Source: an uncultured delta proteobacterium
GTDB lineage: Bacteria; Desulfobacterota; Binatia; UBA9968
Direction: 5' to 3'
Length of the DNA stretch: 64,000 nt
Assembly (NCBI GenBank): GCA_963816145.1
Contig: CAWFJP010000017.1
Coordinates: 224,001 to 288,000 of the forward strand
Part shown: piece by piece, positions 8,775 through 20,583 of the stretch
How the letters are laid out: every line of letters starts with the position of its first letter
Position numbering within the stretch: the first letter of the stretch is position 1
Notes under the pieces: model-generated
The model's input: the letters and a program-made list of their open reading frames with translations, nothing else
Told to the model about the DNA's origin: nothing
Database searches by the model: none
Translations under genes and position numbers: made by a program

Positions 8775-9974
8775 TCAAGATCGGTAGAATTTTGCAATTG
8801 CAGCGACAACGGTCTCTTGTTGCTCCACCGTCAACTCCGGATATAGCGGCAACGCCAGCACTTGCTTTGCGACCAGTTCAGCATGGGGGAAATCACCCTG
8901 CTTATGGCCAAGGTCGGCGAAACACTTCTGCAAATGCAGCGGCAGGGGATAATAGATCTCACTTTGGATGCCCAATTCGGCGAGAAACTTCTTGAGTTGG
9001 TCGCGGCGCTCGGCGCGGATGCAGTAATTGTTAAACACGTGCGACTTGTCCGTCGTCCCTGGCGGGATCGCCGGCAGCTGTTTGCCGACCAGCCCGCTGC
9101 CCATGAAAAGTAGCCGGTAGGTTCCGGCGCGTACGATTCGCGCGGCACACCAGCTTTCCAAATACTTCAACTTCACCGACAGCACCGCCGCCTGCAGCGA
9201 ATCGAGGCGCGAGTTGAGGCCGGTGACCTCGTGGTGATACTTGGTGCTTTCGCCATGCATGCGCAGCATTCTTAGACGAGCGGTTAATTCCTGCGAATGG
9301 CCGCTCACCAAGCCGCCGTCACCGAAACCGCCCAAATTCTTGCTCGGAAAAAACGAGAAGCAACCGAGAGCGCCGATGGTGCCGGCAAACATTTCTTTGC
9401 CCGCGATGTTTAGCCGTGCGCCACAGGCCTGGGCGACATCTTCGACGATTTGTAGATTAAATTCCTTAGCTACTGGCACTAGAGAATTCATCTTGCAAAC
9501 TTGGCCGAACAGGTGAACCGGCAAGAGGGCTTTGATGCGTGCGCCGGTTTTAGTATCGACGGTCTTGCCTTGCTTGTTTTTGCTGCGCTCGCGGAGAAAT
9601 TCTTGAAGCTTAACTGTTGAGAGCAAATAGGAATCGCTATCGATGTCGACGAATAACGGCGAGGCACCGAGGCGCGTGATCGACGAAACCGTGGAGAAAA
9701 ACGTAAACGGCGTAGTGATGACCGCATCGCCGGGGCCGACGCCGAGCGCCATCAGCGCCAAGAGCAAGGCGTCGCTGCCGGAGGCAACGCCGACGGTGTG
9801 CTCACAGCCAAGAAAGGCGCTCATTTCGTTTTCAAATTGGTTGACCGCAGGGCCGAGGATGAATTGCTGGGATTCCACGACTGCGTCGATGGCGCTCCGC
9901 ACTTGCTCGCGAATCGCGGCGTATTGTGCGCGCAGGTCGATGATTGGAATGTCGTAGAGACTTGGATTAGACAC
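8775..9974 (-). CDS. DegT/DnrJ/EryC1/StrS PLP-dependent sugar aminotransferase
   Basis: SGSDAL, PVHLFG, EDVAQA, FSFFPSKNLGGFGDGG, NSRLDSLQAA. Confidence 0.95.
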   Translation of the reverse strand: MSNPSLYDIPIIDLRAQYAAIREQVRSAIDAVVESQQFILGPAVNQFENEMSAFLGCEHTVGVASGSDALLLALMALGVGPGDAVITTPFTFFSTVSSITRLGASPLFVDIDSDSYLLSTVKLQEFLRERSKNKQGKTVDTKTGARIKALLPVHLFGQVCKMNSLVPVAKEFNLQIVEDVAQACGARLNIAGKEMFAGTIGALGCFSFFPSKNLGGFGDGGLVSGHSQELTARLRMLRMHGESTKYHHEVTGLNSRLDSLQAAVLSVKLKYLESWCAARIVRAGTYRLLFMGSGLVGKQLPAIPPGTTDKSHVFNNYCIRAERRDQLKKFLAELGIQSEIYYPLPLHLQKCFADLGHKQGDFPHAELVAKQVLALPLYPELTVEQQETVVAAIAKFYRS

Positions 9975-11370
9975 TGGTTTTAGTTGCGGGGGAACGTCCC
10001 TTCAAGGCGTTTTCGGCGACTTCGGAAAGCAGTTGATCCTGGTCGTGATTAAGCGCGAAGACCCGAAACTGGACGATCTTAGACGGAATGAATTCGAATA
10101 ACTCGGCTAACGACTCTTTGGCGATCTCACCGCTCGACGGGTCGTAAATGTGAATTTGCTTCTTGCCCATGGCGAAGGGATTCTCCGGCCGCGGATCTTG
10201 GGTCGCCATGTCGACGCGGAATGTCAAATCGCGCAGCGCCGCGGGTAAACCGGCGCGAATCCGTTTCTCCCAGTCGGTGTCTTGGATCAAGTCAACGCCG
10301 TAGTGCAGCTCGTTGAGCGAGAGCGTGCGATCGTAGGCCATCTTCCATTTTACCTCACGATGGAGCACGGTTTCCCACTCCTTGCCGAGCGCCTCGCGCT
10401 CGCTTTTCTGGCGCCGCCAACGGGAGACTTCTTCCAAGAGCGACCAGTCGGTCAAGTAAAGATAGTCGTCCATATGCTCCAGGGGATTGCCCGGAAACAA
10501 TAGTTTCATGGTCTCGGGAAAGATATCGCGCAGGTGTAAGTCGATCGCCCGGGTGGTGCGATGGTAGTAGACGTTGGTGTAAAGGTAGAGCCGGGCATTG
10601 AGAAAAGTGGTCAGCGCATTATTGCCGGCTTTGTGAACCGTGAGCCCCTTGGGCGTGAAGAAGGTGTAATGAATCAAGCGCTCGCGATCTACCGGTCCGG
10701 GATGAACGCCGCACATGTAGGAGTCGCGTGAGACGTAATCCAAATTGTCGAAGGTGAAAATGCCGCCTGTCAATGGTTGGAGGAAGCGTACCCATTTGGG
10801 TTTGCGATTATCTTCCTTGCCGTTCTTCTTGATCGGGAACGCGATATCCTCGGGGCGCAATTCTTCGCCGCTGGCGAATGGGCCGCTCGGGCTGCGGCGC
10901 AGTTGTCTAATGATATCGCCCAAGTATTTTTGAATGATCGTCTGTCCCAAATCCTCGTGGGTCAGATCGTAGTGATGGAGAAAATTATCGTCGAAAAAAT
11001 GGCCGAAGGGACCATGACCGATGTCGTGCAGCAGGCCGACGACACGCATGTACTGCTCGATGTAAGGAGCCGAAGGGCAGTCGTCGCCCAAAACTTTGCG
11101 CAGTGATGGGTAAAGGTGCTTGGCGAATTCCCCCGCCATATGCATGGCGCCCAAGGAATGTTGAAATCGACTATGTTCCGCCGACGGGTAAACCCAGCGG
11201 GCGCTTTGCAATTGGTAAATGTAGCGCAACCGCTGCACCCAGGGCGAATCGATCAGCGCTTTTTCAGTCACATCGCCTTTGTTTTCCGGCACGGTGAACT
11301 GAATGTAGCGGTGAATTGGGTCAGCGATCAGCGCCGTACCGCCGAATTCGTTGTCGATCAATTGTGCCAT
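9967..11370 (-). CDS. HD-domain phosphohydrolase (SAMHD1/dNTP triphosphohydrolase-like)
   Basis: DPIH, QRLRYIYQL, HSRFQHSLG, LLHDIGHGPFGH, DNLDYVSRDS, VYYH. Start MAQLI with GGAG RBS. Confidence 0.88.
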   Translation of the reverse strand: MAQLIDNEFGGTALIADPIHRYIQFTVPENKGDVTEKALIDSPWVQRLRYIYQLQSARWVYPSAEHSRFQHSLGAMHMAGEFAKHLYPSLRKVLGDDCPSAPYIEQYMRVVGLLHDIGHGPFGHFFDDNFLHHYDLTHEDLGQTIIQKYLGDIIRQLRRSPSGPFASGEELRPEDIAFPIKKNGKEDNRKPKWVRFLQPLTGGIFTFDNLDYVSRDSYMCGVHPGPVDRERLIHYTFFTPKGLTVHKAGNNALTTFLNARLYLYTNVYYHRTTRAIDLHLRDIFPETMKLLFPGNPLEHMDDYLYLTDWSLLEEVSRWRRQKSEREALGKEWETVLHREVKWKMAYDRTLSLNELHYGVDLIQDTDWEKRIRAGLPAALRDLTFRVDMATQDPRPENPFAMGKKQIHIYDPSSGEIAKESLAELFEFIPSKIVQFRVFALNHDQDQLLSEVAENALKGRSPATKTSV

Positions 11371-11447
11371 CTCTCCGCTTTGCTCAGAATGACAAATTAA
11401 AGATTTCAGATTCCAAAATATGCACTGCGCTCTTCCGCGCAACTCGC

Positions 11448-11873
11448 TTACAGTTCGAAGATCACCTGGGCGATCCATTGGTTCCCGGTCTTCTGCATTC
11501 CGCTCTTGTGTTCCGCCACGGTGGCGATTTCCTGTTTGATCTCGTGGCGATCGGGATCGATCTTCTCGCCGCACACTTCGGCTTTCACGATGGTATCTTT
11601 GACCTCGGTGATTTTGAATTCTTTGAGCAAGTAGCCGCCGGCCTGGTACAGATAGAGTAGCTCACGCAGCCAATTGACGATCAATTCATCGCGGTCGGCT
11701 CCCTCGACCTCGAGTGGCAGGTGTTCTTTCACTTCGATCTCACTCGCGTTGGCCATGACATCGAACAGCGCGCAGCCCGAGTTCATAAACAGGTCCGCCT
11801 GAGAGTTGCCGGTGATGCGCACAGCCAATTCGTTTTGGTGTTTGGTGATGCGGTATTTGTTCTGGTTGTCCAT
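11448..11873 (-). CDS. Archease family protein
   Basis: LF..SG.ALFDVM, D.DELIVNWLRELLYL, GEKIDP.RH...EI, W.AQVIFEL. Confidence 0.8.
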   Translation of the reverse strand: MDNQNKYRITKHQNELAVRITGNSQADLFMNSGCALFDVMANASEIEVKEHLPLEVEGADRDELIVNWLRELLYLYQAGGYLLKEFKITEVKDTIVKAEVCGEKIDPDRHEIKQEIATVAEHKSGMQKTGNQWIAQVIFEL

Positions 11874-11879
11874 GATCGA

Positions 11880-12185
11880 TCAGCCTTTAGAATCAAGCTC
11901 GGGCGGTGTCTCGTCCTCCAGGTTTTGGTCTACTATAGATCGCCGTCCAGCGACATCGTCATCCAATAATCGGCGAATCTCCGGGCGGTCATAACAATCA
12001 ATACAACTAAGAATATCGGTCGGATGAGTTAATCTAAGGTATCTTGTGGGTGGTGCGTCGGTTTTCGGATTGACGAGAACGTCCCATTCGCTGTGGCCAG
12101 TGTGTAGGCGATAGTAATCGACCCCGTAACTCTTCTGCGTATGAACGGTGCCGCGAACTGCTCTGCCGCAGTGAAAACACTGCAT
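11880..12185 (-). CDS. Small hypothetical protein with two CxxC motifs (putative Zn binding)
   Basis: CFHC near the N-terminus and CIDC; tightly packed in the operon. Confidence 0.65.
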   Translation of the reverse strand: MQCFHCGRAVRGTVHTQKSYGVDYYRLHTGHSEWDVLVNPKTDAPPTRYLRLTHPTDILSCIDCYDRPEIRRLLDDDVAGRRSIVDQNLEDETPPELDSKG

Positions 12186-12195
12186 GGTCTTCTAT

Positions 12196-12945
12196 TTATA
12201 CCCGGTTTATCAGGCTCGCCGCAAACCCCGCGCCGAAGCCGTTGTCGATATTTACCACGGTTACGCCGGCGGCACAGGAGTTGAGCATGCCTAGCAGCGC
12301 CGATAGTCCATGAAAACTGGCGCCATAGCCAACACTCGTCGGTACTGCAACGACTGGTTTGGCGACCAAACCGGCGACCACACTCGGTAGCGCACCTTCC
12401 ATGCCGGCGACCACGATTAGTACCGACGCGGCATCGAGTTTGGCGCGATTGCCGAGCAACCGATGGATTCCGGCGACACCGACATCGAAGAGCCGCTCGA
12501 CTTTGTTGCCCATCATTGTCGCCGTCACGACTGCCTCCTCGGCAACCGGGATGTCCGATGTGCCAGCGGAAACCACCAAAATCGTGCCTTTCCCAGTGGC
12601 ACGAATTGGCTTAGCCGACCAGGTCGCGGCATGCGCCACGGGATAAAGTTTCACGCTGAGGCGGTAGCGTCTGAGTTGCTCGATCTTGTGATCATCTAAC
12701 CGGGTGATCAGAACATTACTCTTGCGCCGCTGCATGACCCGCACGATGGCGGCGATGTCCTTGGCTTGCTTTCCCTGGCCCATGACTACTTCGGGAAAAC
12801 CTTGGCGCAATGCTCGATGGTGGTCGATTTTGGCATAACCGAGATCTTCAAAAGGCAGATCGCGCAGCCGCTGCAATGCCTGAGAGATAGTGACTTTGCT
12901 CCGCTGCACGTGTACGAGAAGTTTTTCGAGATCCTCGGTGTCCAT
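12196..12945 (-). CDS. larB: Nickel-pincer cofactor biosynthesis protein LarB (PurE-like)
   Basis: AKIDHHRALRQGFPEVV, AGTSDIPVAEEA, DVGVAGIHRL, AGMEGALPS, PTSVGYG, VNIDNGFGA. Confidence 0.93.
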   Translation of the reverse strand: MDTEDLEKLLVHVQRSKVTISQALQRLRDLPFEDLGYAKIDHHRALRQGFPEVVMGQGKQAKDIAAIVRVMQRRKSNVLITRLDDHKIEQLRRYRLSVKLYPVAHAATWSAKPIRATGKGTILVVSAGTSDIPVAEEAVVTATMMGNKVERLFDVGVAGIHRLLGNRAKLDAASVLIVVAGMEGALPSVVAGLVAKPVVAVPTSVGYGASFHGLSALLGMLNSCAAGVTVVNIDNGFGAGFAASLINRV

Positions 12946-12988
12946 GTTAATCGGCAATCGCGGCGGTCATGATGGGTAATAGCGCATT

Positions 12989-14002
12989 CTAGCGATTCTT
13001 CCGGCGCCTCGGCCACTGCTTTTTGAAATGGTCGTGGCCCTGCGCTTTGACGGCAACCTCGGTGCCGGCAGTGTCGATCACTCGGATGCCGTTGGCGGCC
13101 GGCTTGCAGGTACCGATTCGGGAGATTAGGACTCCGGCTTGCTTGCCGAGTGTTTCAATCCGCTTTCTTTGCTCCGGCGCCGCACAGAAAAGCAGCTCGT
13201 AGTCATCGCCCCCGCTTAAGGCGTGGCGCATACCGATTTTTCCCGCCAGCGCGAGAAAGGCGCTCGACAATGGCAATTTTTTTTGTTGGATGTTCGCACC
13301 GACACCGCTAGCTTGGCAAATATGGCTCAAGTCCTGAATCAGTCCATCGCTGACATCAATCATCGCCGTCGCCAGATTTCGCCGTGCCAAGAGTGCGCCG
13401 GCCGCGAGCCGCGGCGTCGGCCGGTGAAGGCGCTTAAGTAAGTGTGCTTCAGCTCGGCTTTGCGGTCGACGTTTGTGTCGTAGCAGGTTCAAAGCAAGGG
13501 CGGCGTCGCCAAGGGTGCCGGTCACGTAGATATCGTCGCCGACATGGGCGCCGCTGCGGCTAATCGGTTTCTTGGGCGGATGACCAATGAGACAAACCGA
13601 GATGAGCAACGAACCCGCTGCGTTGGTGTCTCCACCAACGATGGTGACACCATGCTTTTTTGCCAGACCGTTGATGCCGCGGTAGAGTTTGTCGATTTTA
13701 TCAGTGTCGAAGTTTGCCGGAATGCCGAGGGAGAGCATGACGTAAGCAGGCGTGCCTCCCATGGCAGCGATGTCGCTTAAATTAACCGCGAGCGATTTGT
13801 AGCCAAGGTCGGCGAGGGAAGTCCATTTGAGATCGAAGTGAATTCCCTCAATCAACAGATCGGCGGTGACAAGCGATGATCCCAGCGGATGATCGACCCA
13901 AGCGGCATCGTCGCCGATTCCGAGACGAACGCCACGGCTAACCGCAACCTGACGGCGGATTCTGTCGATAAGCCCGAATTCTCCCAACCGGCTTAGTCTC
14001 AT
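12989..14002 (-). CDS. thiL: Thiamine-monophosphate kinase
   Basis: GEFGLI, GIGDDAA, NLSDIAAMG, GGDT, IDVSDGL, GGDDYEL. Confidence 0.96.
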   Translation of the reverse strand: MRLSRLGEFGLIDRIRRQVAVSRGVRLGIGDDAAWVDHPLGSSLVTADLLIEGIHFDLKWTSLADLGYKSLAVNLSDIAAMGGTPAYVMLSLGIPANFDTDKIDKLYRGINGLAKKHGVTIVGGDTNAAGSLLISVCLIGHPPKKPISRSGAHVGDDIYVTGTLGDAALALNLLRHKRRPQSRAEAHLLKRLHRPTPRLAAGALLARRNLATAMIDVSDGLIQDLSHICQASGVGANIQQKKLPLSSAFLALAGKIGMRHALSGGDDYELLFCAAPEQRKRIETLGKQAGVLISRIGTCKPAANGIRVIDTAGTEVAVKAQGHDHFKKQWPRRRKNR

Positions 14003-14089
14003 GGAGTTAGGCTAGAGACGCCTCAGAAAGCGAGATTTCACTGCGTTGGGCATGATTTAAATGGGCGCCGCGATGACATCGTCACGTTT

Positions 14090-16585
14090 CTAGGGCCGTA
14101 GGGGAATCGACCGCTCCCGCGGTTTTTTCGTCACCGGAACGGGGCGCTTGGCCGATCGCTTTTTGCTGGCGTGAACACGGGCTCTTTCGGCCGTTGCACG
14201 AGACTTTCCAGTTGACTTTACCCGGTCAATCAACGCGACTTTCAGGACATCCGACATGTTCTTAGCGCATACCCAACGGAGCTTGCGCCGCAGCGGCTTG
14301 GGGATTTCATCGAGATCTTTTTCGTTTCGCTCGGGAATAAGAATCGTCTTTATGCCGGCACGGAACGCTGCGAGGGATTTCTCTTTAAGACCGCCAATCG
14401 GCAACACACGACCGCGCAGAGTAATTTCACCGGTCATGGCGACATCCCGATTCACCGCGCGTTTGGTCAAAGCTGAAATCAGCGCGGTTGCCATAGTGAT
14501 GCCAGCCGAGGGGCCGTCTTTGGGAATCGCTCCAGCTGGGACGTGAATATGGATGTCGAGCTTCTGGTAAAAATCTGCCTCGATGCCCAGCGTCTTGGCG
14601 TGAGCGCGAGCGTAGCTCACCGCCGCCTGTGCCGACTCCTTCATTACGTCGCCAAGTTGGCCGGTAAGCGTCAAGTTGCCGCGGCCGCGGGAGAGCGACG
14701 CCTCGACATAGAGAACCTCGCCTCCGGTGGTGGTCCACGCCAGACCGGTGGCAACGCCGATCTCGTGGTGCTCCTGTTCCGGTTCGGGCAAGAACTTTGG
14801 CGCGCCAAGAAAGCTATGCAGGTTTCCCCTTGTAACGCGGGTCAACTCGTCTTTGCCTTCGGCGAGTTTGCGCGCGACCTTGCGGCAGATCGAGGCAAAC
14901 TCTCGTTCGAGATTGCGCAGGCCGGCTTCCTTGGTGTACTCGGCGATGATGCGTAGTACTGCGTCGTCGGAAATTTCCAAGCGTTTGAACGCGATGCCGT
15001 TGTCATCGAGCTGGCGCGGGATAAGATACTTGCGAGCGATTTCAAGCTTTTCTTCGTTTGTGTAGCCCGATAGCTGAAGGACTTCCATGCGGTCCGCCAG
15101 TGCGGCCGGAATCGGATCGAGCAGGTTCGCCGTACAGATGAACAACACATTCGATAGATCGAAAGGCAAATTCAAGTAATGATCGCTAAACGCGTGATTC
15201 TGTTCCGGGTCCAAGACTTCCAACAGCGCTGCTGAAGGATCACCACGAAAATCGGCGCCGACTTTGTCGATTTCGTCAAGCATAAAAACCGGATTATTCG
15301 AACCTGATTGCTTGATACCCTGAATAATACGCCCAGGCAACGCGCCGACGTAGGTGCGCCGATGGCCGCGAATCTCCGCTTCATCACGCACACCACCGAG
15401 AGAAATGCGTACAAAATTTCGCCCGAGGGCACGGGCGATAGACCGTCCTAAAGAGGTCTTGCCGACGCCCGGAGGGCCGACGAAGCAGAGGATAGGACCT
15501 TTGATCTTACGCCTCAGTTTATTGACCGCGAGGTATTCGAGGATGCGTTCCTTAATCTTCTCGAGGTTGTAGTGATCCTCATCGAGAACCTGCTTGGCTT
15601 TGCGAATGTTCAGATTGTCCTTGGTTTTCTTGCTCCAAGGGAGTTCGACAAGCCAGTCCAGATAGGTGCGCACCAAGGAAGCTTCTGAGGATTCCGGATG
15701 CATTTGTTCCAGCCGGCGCAGTTGTTTGTCCGCTTCACGCTTCACATCCGGCGGCATCTTGGCTTTTTCGATCTGTTTTTTGACCTCGACAATTTCTTCA
15801 GCGCGTTCATCGCCCTCGCCAAGTTCTTGCTGGATTTGTTTGAGCTGCTCGCGCAGGTAATAGTCGCGCTGCGTCTTGCTCATTTCTTCTTTGGCTTGGT
15901 TTTGAATACGCGCCTGCATCGTGGAGAGTTCGAGCTCACGGGTAAGCAGCTCATTGACCTTTTTCAGCCGCTCGATGGGATCGAAGACTTCTAGGATCGC
16001 CTGGCTCTCGTCGATCTTCAGCCGCAGATTCGACGCCACCAAATCGGCGAGCACGCCAGGATCGCTGATGTTATCGGTCACCATGACGATTTCTGGTGGC
16101 AGGTTCTTCAGATTTAAAATCTGCTCGATCTTCTCCTTGGCGGAACGCATCAGCGCTTCGACCTCGATCGGTACTTCCGGCAACGTCGGTTCGATAACTT
16201 TTCGGATCTTGATTTCAAAGAACGGGCGCTCGCGCAGGTAGCTGTCGACCTCGCCCTTGGCCAAACCTTGGACGAGTATTTTCACCCGGCCGTCAGCCAA
16301 CTTGAGCATGCGCATGATCGACGCGATGGTGCCGACTTTGTGGATGTCCGCTGGATTGGGATTTTCCTCGGAGGAATTCTTTTGTGACACGAGAAAAATT
16401 AAACGGTCGCGCGACAGCGCTTCTTCGACGGCGCGAATCGAAATGTCGCGGCCAACGAACAGCGGCAACATCATGTACGGGTAAATAACGATGTCACGGA
16501 TCGGCAATAGTGGCAGGACCTCGGGAATCTCGACTTGAGTTCCTTTGTTATCTGGGCTCTCCACTTTCCATTCAACATCGCTCAT
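14090..16585 (-). CDS. lon: ATP-dependent Lon protease
   Basis: LPLLPIRD N-domain, [22 protein letters not shown] catalytic Ser, IGGLKEK. Confidence 0.98.
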   Translation of the reverse strand: MSDVEWKVESPDNKGTQVEIPEVLPLLPIRDIVIYPYMMLPLFVGRDISIRAVEEALSRDRLIFLVSQKNSSEENPNPADIHKVGTIASIMRMLKLADGRVKILVQGLAKGEVDSYLRERPFFEIKIRKVIEPTLPEVPIEVEALMRSAKEKIEQILNLKNLPPEIVMVTDNISDPGVLADLVASNLRLKIDESQAILEVFDPIERLKKVNELLTRELELSTMQARIQNQAKEEMSKTQRDYYLREQLKQIQQELGEGDERAEEIVEVKKQIEKAKMPPDVKREADKQLRRLEQMHPESSEASLVRTYLDWLVELPWSKKTKDNLNIRKAKQVLDEDHYNLEKIKERILEYLAVNKLRRKIKGPILCFVGPPGVGKTSLGRSIARALGRNFVRISLGGVRDEAEIRGHRRTYVGALPGRIIQGIKQSGSNNPVFMLDEIDKVGADFRGDPSAALLEVLDPEQNHAFSDHYLNLPFDLSNVLFICTANLLDPIPAALADRMEVLQLSGYTNEEKLEIARKYLIPRQLDDNGIAFKRLEISDDAVLRIIAEYTKEAGLRNLEREFASICRKVARKLAEGKDELTRVTRGNLHSFLGAPKFLPEPEQEHHEIGVATGLAWTTTGGEVLYVEASLSRGRGNLTLTGQLGDVMKESAQAAVSYARAHAKTLGIEADFYQKLDIHIHVPAGAIPKDGPSAGITMATALISALTKRAVNRDVAMTGEITLRGRVLPIGGLKEKSLAAFRAGIKTILIPERNEKDLDEIPKPLRRKLRWVCAKNMSDVLKVALIDRVKSTGKSRATAERARVHASKKRSAKRPVPVTKKPRERSIPLRP

Positions 16586-16727
16586 GGGCACTCCAAATGA
16601 CCGCTTAACTTAATCACGTTGAATAGGGAGGTCAACCGGAAACGAGCTCGGAGGCAGATTTATTTCACTTGGGTAAAGGCGGTGGACTCAAATGGAGCAG
16701 TTTGAGAATGACCCTGCAGGCACAAGT

Positions 16728-17843
16728 TTAATCGAACAGTTGCTTCATCTTCTCGAAAAACCCCTTCGACATGGGATTGACATCTTCGCCGCCGATGGCG
16801 GCAAATTCCTTGAGTAACTCTTTTTGCTTACTGGTCAAATGCGTCGGCGTCTCCACTGTGACGCGGACATGCTGATCGCCCTGCTGAAATCCCTGCACGT
16901 CTTTGACTCCTCGGCCTTTCATGCGGAACACTTTTCCAGATTGCGTGCCGCCGGGAATCTTCATCTTCACTTTACCATCGAGGGTCGGCACGTCGATTTC
17001 CGCGCCCAAGGCGGCTTGGACGAAACTGATCGGCACGTCGCATAAGATATCGAGATTCTCGCGCACGAAAATCGGGTGCGATTCTACCTGGATGACAACG
17101 TAGAGATCGCCAGGGCTGCCGCCAACTGGACCGGTTTCACCTTCGCCGCGCAGTTTCAATCGCGACCCGGTGTCGACTCCGGCGGGAATTTTTACACTCA
17201 GTGTATGCATCGCGCGCACCCGCCCGGCGCCGCCGCAGGTGGCGCAAGGATCTTTGATAATAGATCCTTGGCCTTGGCATTGATTACAGGTGCGCGAGAC
17301 GCTGAAAAAGCCTTGTTGAAAAGCGACTTGGCCGCGGCCACGGCAAGTCGGACACGTTTGTGGCGTAGTTCCTGCTTTGGCGCCATTGCCGCGGCAGGTC
17401 TCGCAGGTGCCGTGGCGTGGGATTTTGATTTTTTTTTCCGTGCCAGAAACCGATTCCTCGAATTTTAGAGAGAGATTGTAGCGAAGATCTTCACCGCGTG
17501 AGTGGCCTCGCCGCCGCCCGCCGCCACCGAAAAATTCGCCGAAAATGTCGCCGAAAACATCTTCAAAGCCGCCGGAGAAGTCAAAACCGCCGCCCGCAAA
17601 CGGCCCACTATCACCGAATGCGGCGTGGCCAAACTGATCGTACTGAGCACGCTTCTGCGGGTCGGATAAAACTGAATAGGCTTCGGAAATATCCTTGAAT
17701 TTTTCTTCCGCCTGCTTGTCGCCTGGATTGCGATCAGGGTGATATTGCAGTGCCAGCTTACGATAAGCCTTTTTTAAGTCATCCTCGCTAGCGTTACGGT
17801 TGACTGCGAGTAGCTCGTAGTAGTCTTTCTTAGCAGCAGCCAA
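16728..17843 (-). CDS. dnaJ: Chaperone DnaJ
   Basis: J domain with HPD, G/F region, four CxxCxGxG motifs. Confidence 0.98.
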   Translation of the reverse strand: MAAAKKDYYELLAVNRNASEDDLKKAYRKLALQYHPDRNPGDKQAEEKFKDISEAYSVLSDPQKRAQYDQFGHAAFGDSGPFAGGGFDFSGGFEDVFGDIFGEFFGGGGRRRGHSRGEDLRYNLSLKFEESVSGTEKKIKIPRHGTCETCRGNGAKAGTTPQTCPTCRGRGQVAFQQGFFSVSRTCNQCQGQGSIIKDPCATCGGAGRVRAMHTLSVKIPAGVDTGSRLKLRGEGETGPVGGSPGDLYVVIQVESHPIFVRENLDILCDVPISFVQAALGAEIDVPTLDGKVKMKIPGGTQSGKVFRMKGRGVKDVQGFQQGDQHVRVTVETPTHLTSKQKELLKEFAAIGGEDVNPMSKGFFEKMKQLFD

Positions 17844-17881
17844 GGGTTATCCTCGTGTAGTTCTCAACCGGAATGAGCAAC

Positions 17882-17918
17882 AAAGCCCCTCTCCACGAAT
17901 TTCGGGAGCAGGGGCTTC
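17882..17918 (-). terminator. Hairpin between dnaK and dnaJ (partial terminator or mRNA stabiliser)
   Basis: AAGCCCCT..TCC...GGAGCAGGGGCTT imperfect stem, followed by TTTGTT on the minus strand. Confidence 0.5.
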
Positions 17919-17947
17919 GTTTGAATGAATCTGTTTGGGCCCCGAAA

Positions 17948-19870
17948 TTAATCCTTGACCTCGGTGAAATCGGCATCGACAACATCGTCTTTTTTCTTGC
18001 CGCCAGTCGCGCCTGCAGCTTTATCATCGGTTTGCTCACCCGCTTGTTGTGTGGCTTGTTGCTTGGACGCCTTGGCGTACATCGCCTCCGCCAACTTATG
18101 CGACGATTGGCTTAACGCCTCGGCAGCCTTGCGCATCGTCTCGGCATCTTGTCCTTCCAAGGACTCTTTGGCTGATTTTAGTGCAGCTTCAATGCTCTCT
18201 TTCACTCCGGCGTCGAGATCGCTGCCGTATTCGCCGAGCGATTTCTCCGTGGAATACACCAGTGAGTCCAGCTGATTACGCGCTTCGACGGTTTCTTTTT
18301 TCTTCTTGTCGTCGTCGGCGTGAGCTTCAGCTTCGCGGACCATTTTCTTAATTTCTTCTTCACTGAGTCCGCTGGAAGCGGTGATCTTAATCGACTGCTC
18401 TTTACCCGTACCCAAATCTTTCGCAGCGACATGCACGATTCCGTTGGCGTCAATATCGAAAGTTACCTCAATTTGCGGCATACCGCGGGGCGCCAACGGA
18501 ATACCGACGAGATCGAACTGCCCCAGCAGTTTGTTGTCAGCCGCCATTTCACGTTCGCCCTGAAAGACCCGGATCGAGACCGCTTGTTGATTATCCTGAG
18601 CAGTGGAGAATACCTGGCTTTTCTTAGTCGGAATGGTGGTATTGCGATCGATCAATTTCGTGAACACGCCGCCAAGGGTTTCGATGCCCAGTGACAGGGG
18701 TGTAACGTCCAAAAGCAAGACGTCTTTGACATCGCCGGTGAGAACCGCGCCTTGGATTGCTGCGCCGATGGCCACCACTTCATCTGGGTTGACGCCTTTG
18801 TGCGGTTCTTTGCCGAAAATTTTTTTAACCCGCTCCTGAACCGCCGGCATGCGGGTCATGCCGCCGACCAAAATAACTTCCTGAATGTCGCTAGCGCTTA
18901 GCCCAGCGTCTTTCAAAGCTTGGCGGCATGGGCCTTCGGTGCGGTCGATCAAGTCGGCGCAAAGCGCTTCGAGCTTGGACCGGGTCAGTTTCATATTAAG
19001 ATGCTTTGGGCCTTGCTGATCGGCGGTGATGAACGGCAAATTAATATCGGTTTCCATGGACGACGAAAGCTCGCATTTAGCTTTTTCACCGGCCTCTTTG
19101 AGCCGTTGCAGCGCCATGCGATCTTTGCGCAGATCGATGCCCTGATCCTTCTTGAACTCATCGGCCAAGTAATCGATGATCCGCTGGTCGAAATCTTCGC
19201 CGCCGAGAAAGGTGTCGCCATTGGTTGATTTGACTTCAAAGACCCCTTCGCCTAGTTCCAAGATTGAAATGTCGAAAGTACCGCCGCCAAGATCGAATAC
19301 GGCGATCTTCTCATCCTTCTTCTTGTCTAAGCCGTAGGCAAGCGCAGCCGCAGTCGGTTCGTTGATGATGCGCAGTACGTTGAGACCGGCGATTCGGCCA
19401 GCGTCTTTAGTTGCTTGCCTTTGACTGTCATTAAAATAGGCTGGCACGGTGATGACGGCTTCAGTAACCTTTTCGCCGAGAAAATCCTCAGCACTTTGCT
19501 TCATTTTCTGCAAAATGAATGCGGAAATCTCCGCGGGGCTATAACCCTTGCCGCGGATTTCTACCCAGGCATCGCCGTTGTCATTGCCTTTGATCTTATA
19601 GGGCAGCACACTCGACGCCTTTTGTACCATAGGATCGTCTGTCCGTCTGCCGATCAAGCGCTTCACCGCCGAAATCGTATTTTCCGGATTGGTGATAGCT
19701 TGGCGCCGCGCGATTTGACCAACTAAACGCTCGCCGCTGTCCGTAAACGCGACAACGGACGGTGTAGTCCGGCTGCCTTCCGAGTTGGCGAGCACATTGG
19801 GGTCACCGGTTTCCATGATCGCCACGCAGGAGTTGGTTGTGCCAAGGTCAATCCCGATAACTTTTGCCAT
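17948..19870 (-). CDS. dnaK: Chaperone DnaK (Hsp70)
   Basis: [26 protein letters not shown]. Confidence 0.99.
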   Translation of the reverse strand: MAKVIGIDLGTTNSCVAIMETGDPNVLANSEGSRTTPSVVAFTDSGERLVGQIARRQAITNPENTISAVKRLIGRRTDDPMVQKASSVLPYKIKGNDNGDAWVEIRGKGYSPAEISAFILQKMKQSAEDFLGEKVTEAVITVPAYFNDSQRQATKDAGRIAGLNVLRIINEPTAAALAYGLDKKKDEKIAVFDLGGGTFDISILELGEGVFEVKSTNGDTFLGGEDFDQRIIDYLADEFKKDQGIDLRKDRMALQRLKEAGEKAKCELSSSMETDINLPFITADQQGPKHLNMKLTRSKLEALCADLIDRTEGPCRQALKDAGLSASDIQEVILVGGMTRMPAVQERVKKIFGKEPHKGVNPDEVVAIGAAIQGAVLTGDVKDVLLLDVTPLSLGIETLGGVFTKLIDRNTTIPTKKSQVFSTAQDNQQAVSIRVFQGEREMAADNKLLGQFDLVGIPLAPRGMPQIEVTFDIDANGIVHVAAKDLGTGKEQSIKITASSGLSEEEIKKMVREAEAHADDDKKKKETVEARNQLDSLVYSTEKSLGEYGSDLDAGVKESIEAALKSAKESLEGQDAETMRKAAEALSQSSHKLAEAMYAKASKQQATQQAGEQTDDKAAGATGGKKKDDVVDADFTEVKD

Positions 19871-19929
19871 TTTGCTTACTCCTCAGATATTCTTTCAAAT
19901 CTTACAGGTCTTATAGGAACCAAAGTTAT

Positions 19930-20550
19930 TTAATCATCGACTTGGTCGTTTTCAACCTCGGTTTCTTCGTTTTTTTTCTCTTGTGATATTGTAGCCTTAG
20001 ATACAGTTACCAAAGCTGGCCGCAAAAGTCGGTCACGCAGTAGATAGCCCTTTTGGTGTTGTTCGATAACCGTGTGAGGAGGGTGCTCAGCGCTTTCAAC
20101 CTGGGCGAGCGCATCATGCTGGGCTGGGTCGAAAGCTAAACCAACCGCGGGAACCGGCTGGACTCCATGCTTCGATAAAATATCCAGAAATCCTTTGAGG
20201 ACCATATCAACGCCTTCCAAAAGTGGTTTTCCATTGCCCCCGCTGGAGGCGTGGGTAATCGCCCGTTCTAAGTTATCAATGACTGGTAGTAAGTCTCTGA
20301 CAAGGTTTTCATTAGCGTAACGGGCGGTTTCCTCGCGTTCACGGGCGCTTCTCTTCTTAAAGTTGTCCAGCTCGGCAACTTGGCGGACATAGCGATCGTA
20401 GTTGTTCTTCGCTTCTTCCTCTTTGGCGTTCAATTTTAGGCGTAAATCGGCAATTTCGCCTTCTTGGTCCGTGACTTTGTCTTGGACGACTTCTGGAGAC
20501 GCTTGGTCGGCGTCTGTCTGAGCCTCGGGTTTGCTATTTTCATCCGACAT
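19930..20550 (-). CDS. grpE: Nucleotide exchange factor GrpE
   Basis: AELDNFKKR, LLPVIDNLERA, FDP..HDA, KGYLL.DRLLRPALV. Confidence 0.97.
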   Translation of the reverse strand: MSDENSKPEAQTDADQASPEVVQDKVTDQEGEIADLRLKLNAKEEEAKNNYDRYVRQVAELDNFKKRSAREREETARYANENLVRDLLPVIDNLERAITHASSGGNGKPLLEGVDMVLKGFLDILSKHGVQPVPAVGLAFDPAQHDALAQVESAEHPPHTVIEQHQKGYLLRDRLLRPALVTVSKATISQEKKNEETEVENDQVDD

Positions 20551-20583
20551 ATTTAACGTTGACTCCCATTCTATGGTCGCGGA

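Noticed and set aside
5549-11370. Anti-phage nucleotide-depletion system (dCMP deaminase + HD dNTPase)
   Set aside because: The deaminase is a short ComEB type with no kinase domain, the genes are not adjacent, and the context is housekeeping.
11371-11420. REP-like palindrome half (GCTTTGCTCAGAATGACA)
   Set aside because: Single partial copy; a repeat family cannot be shown within this window.
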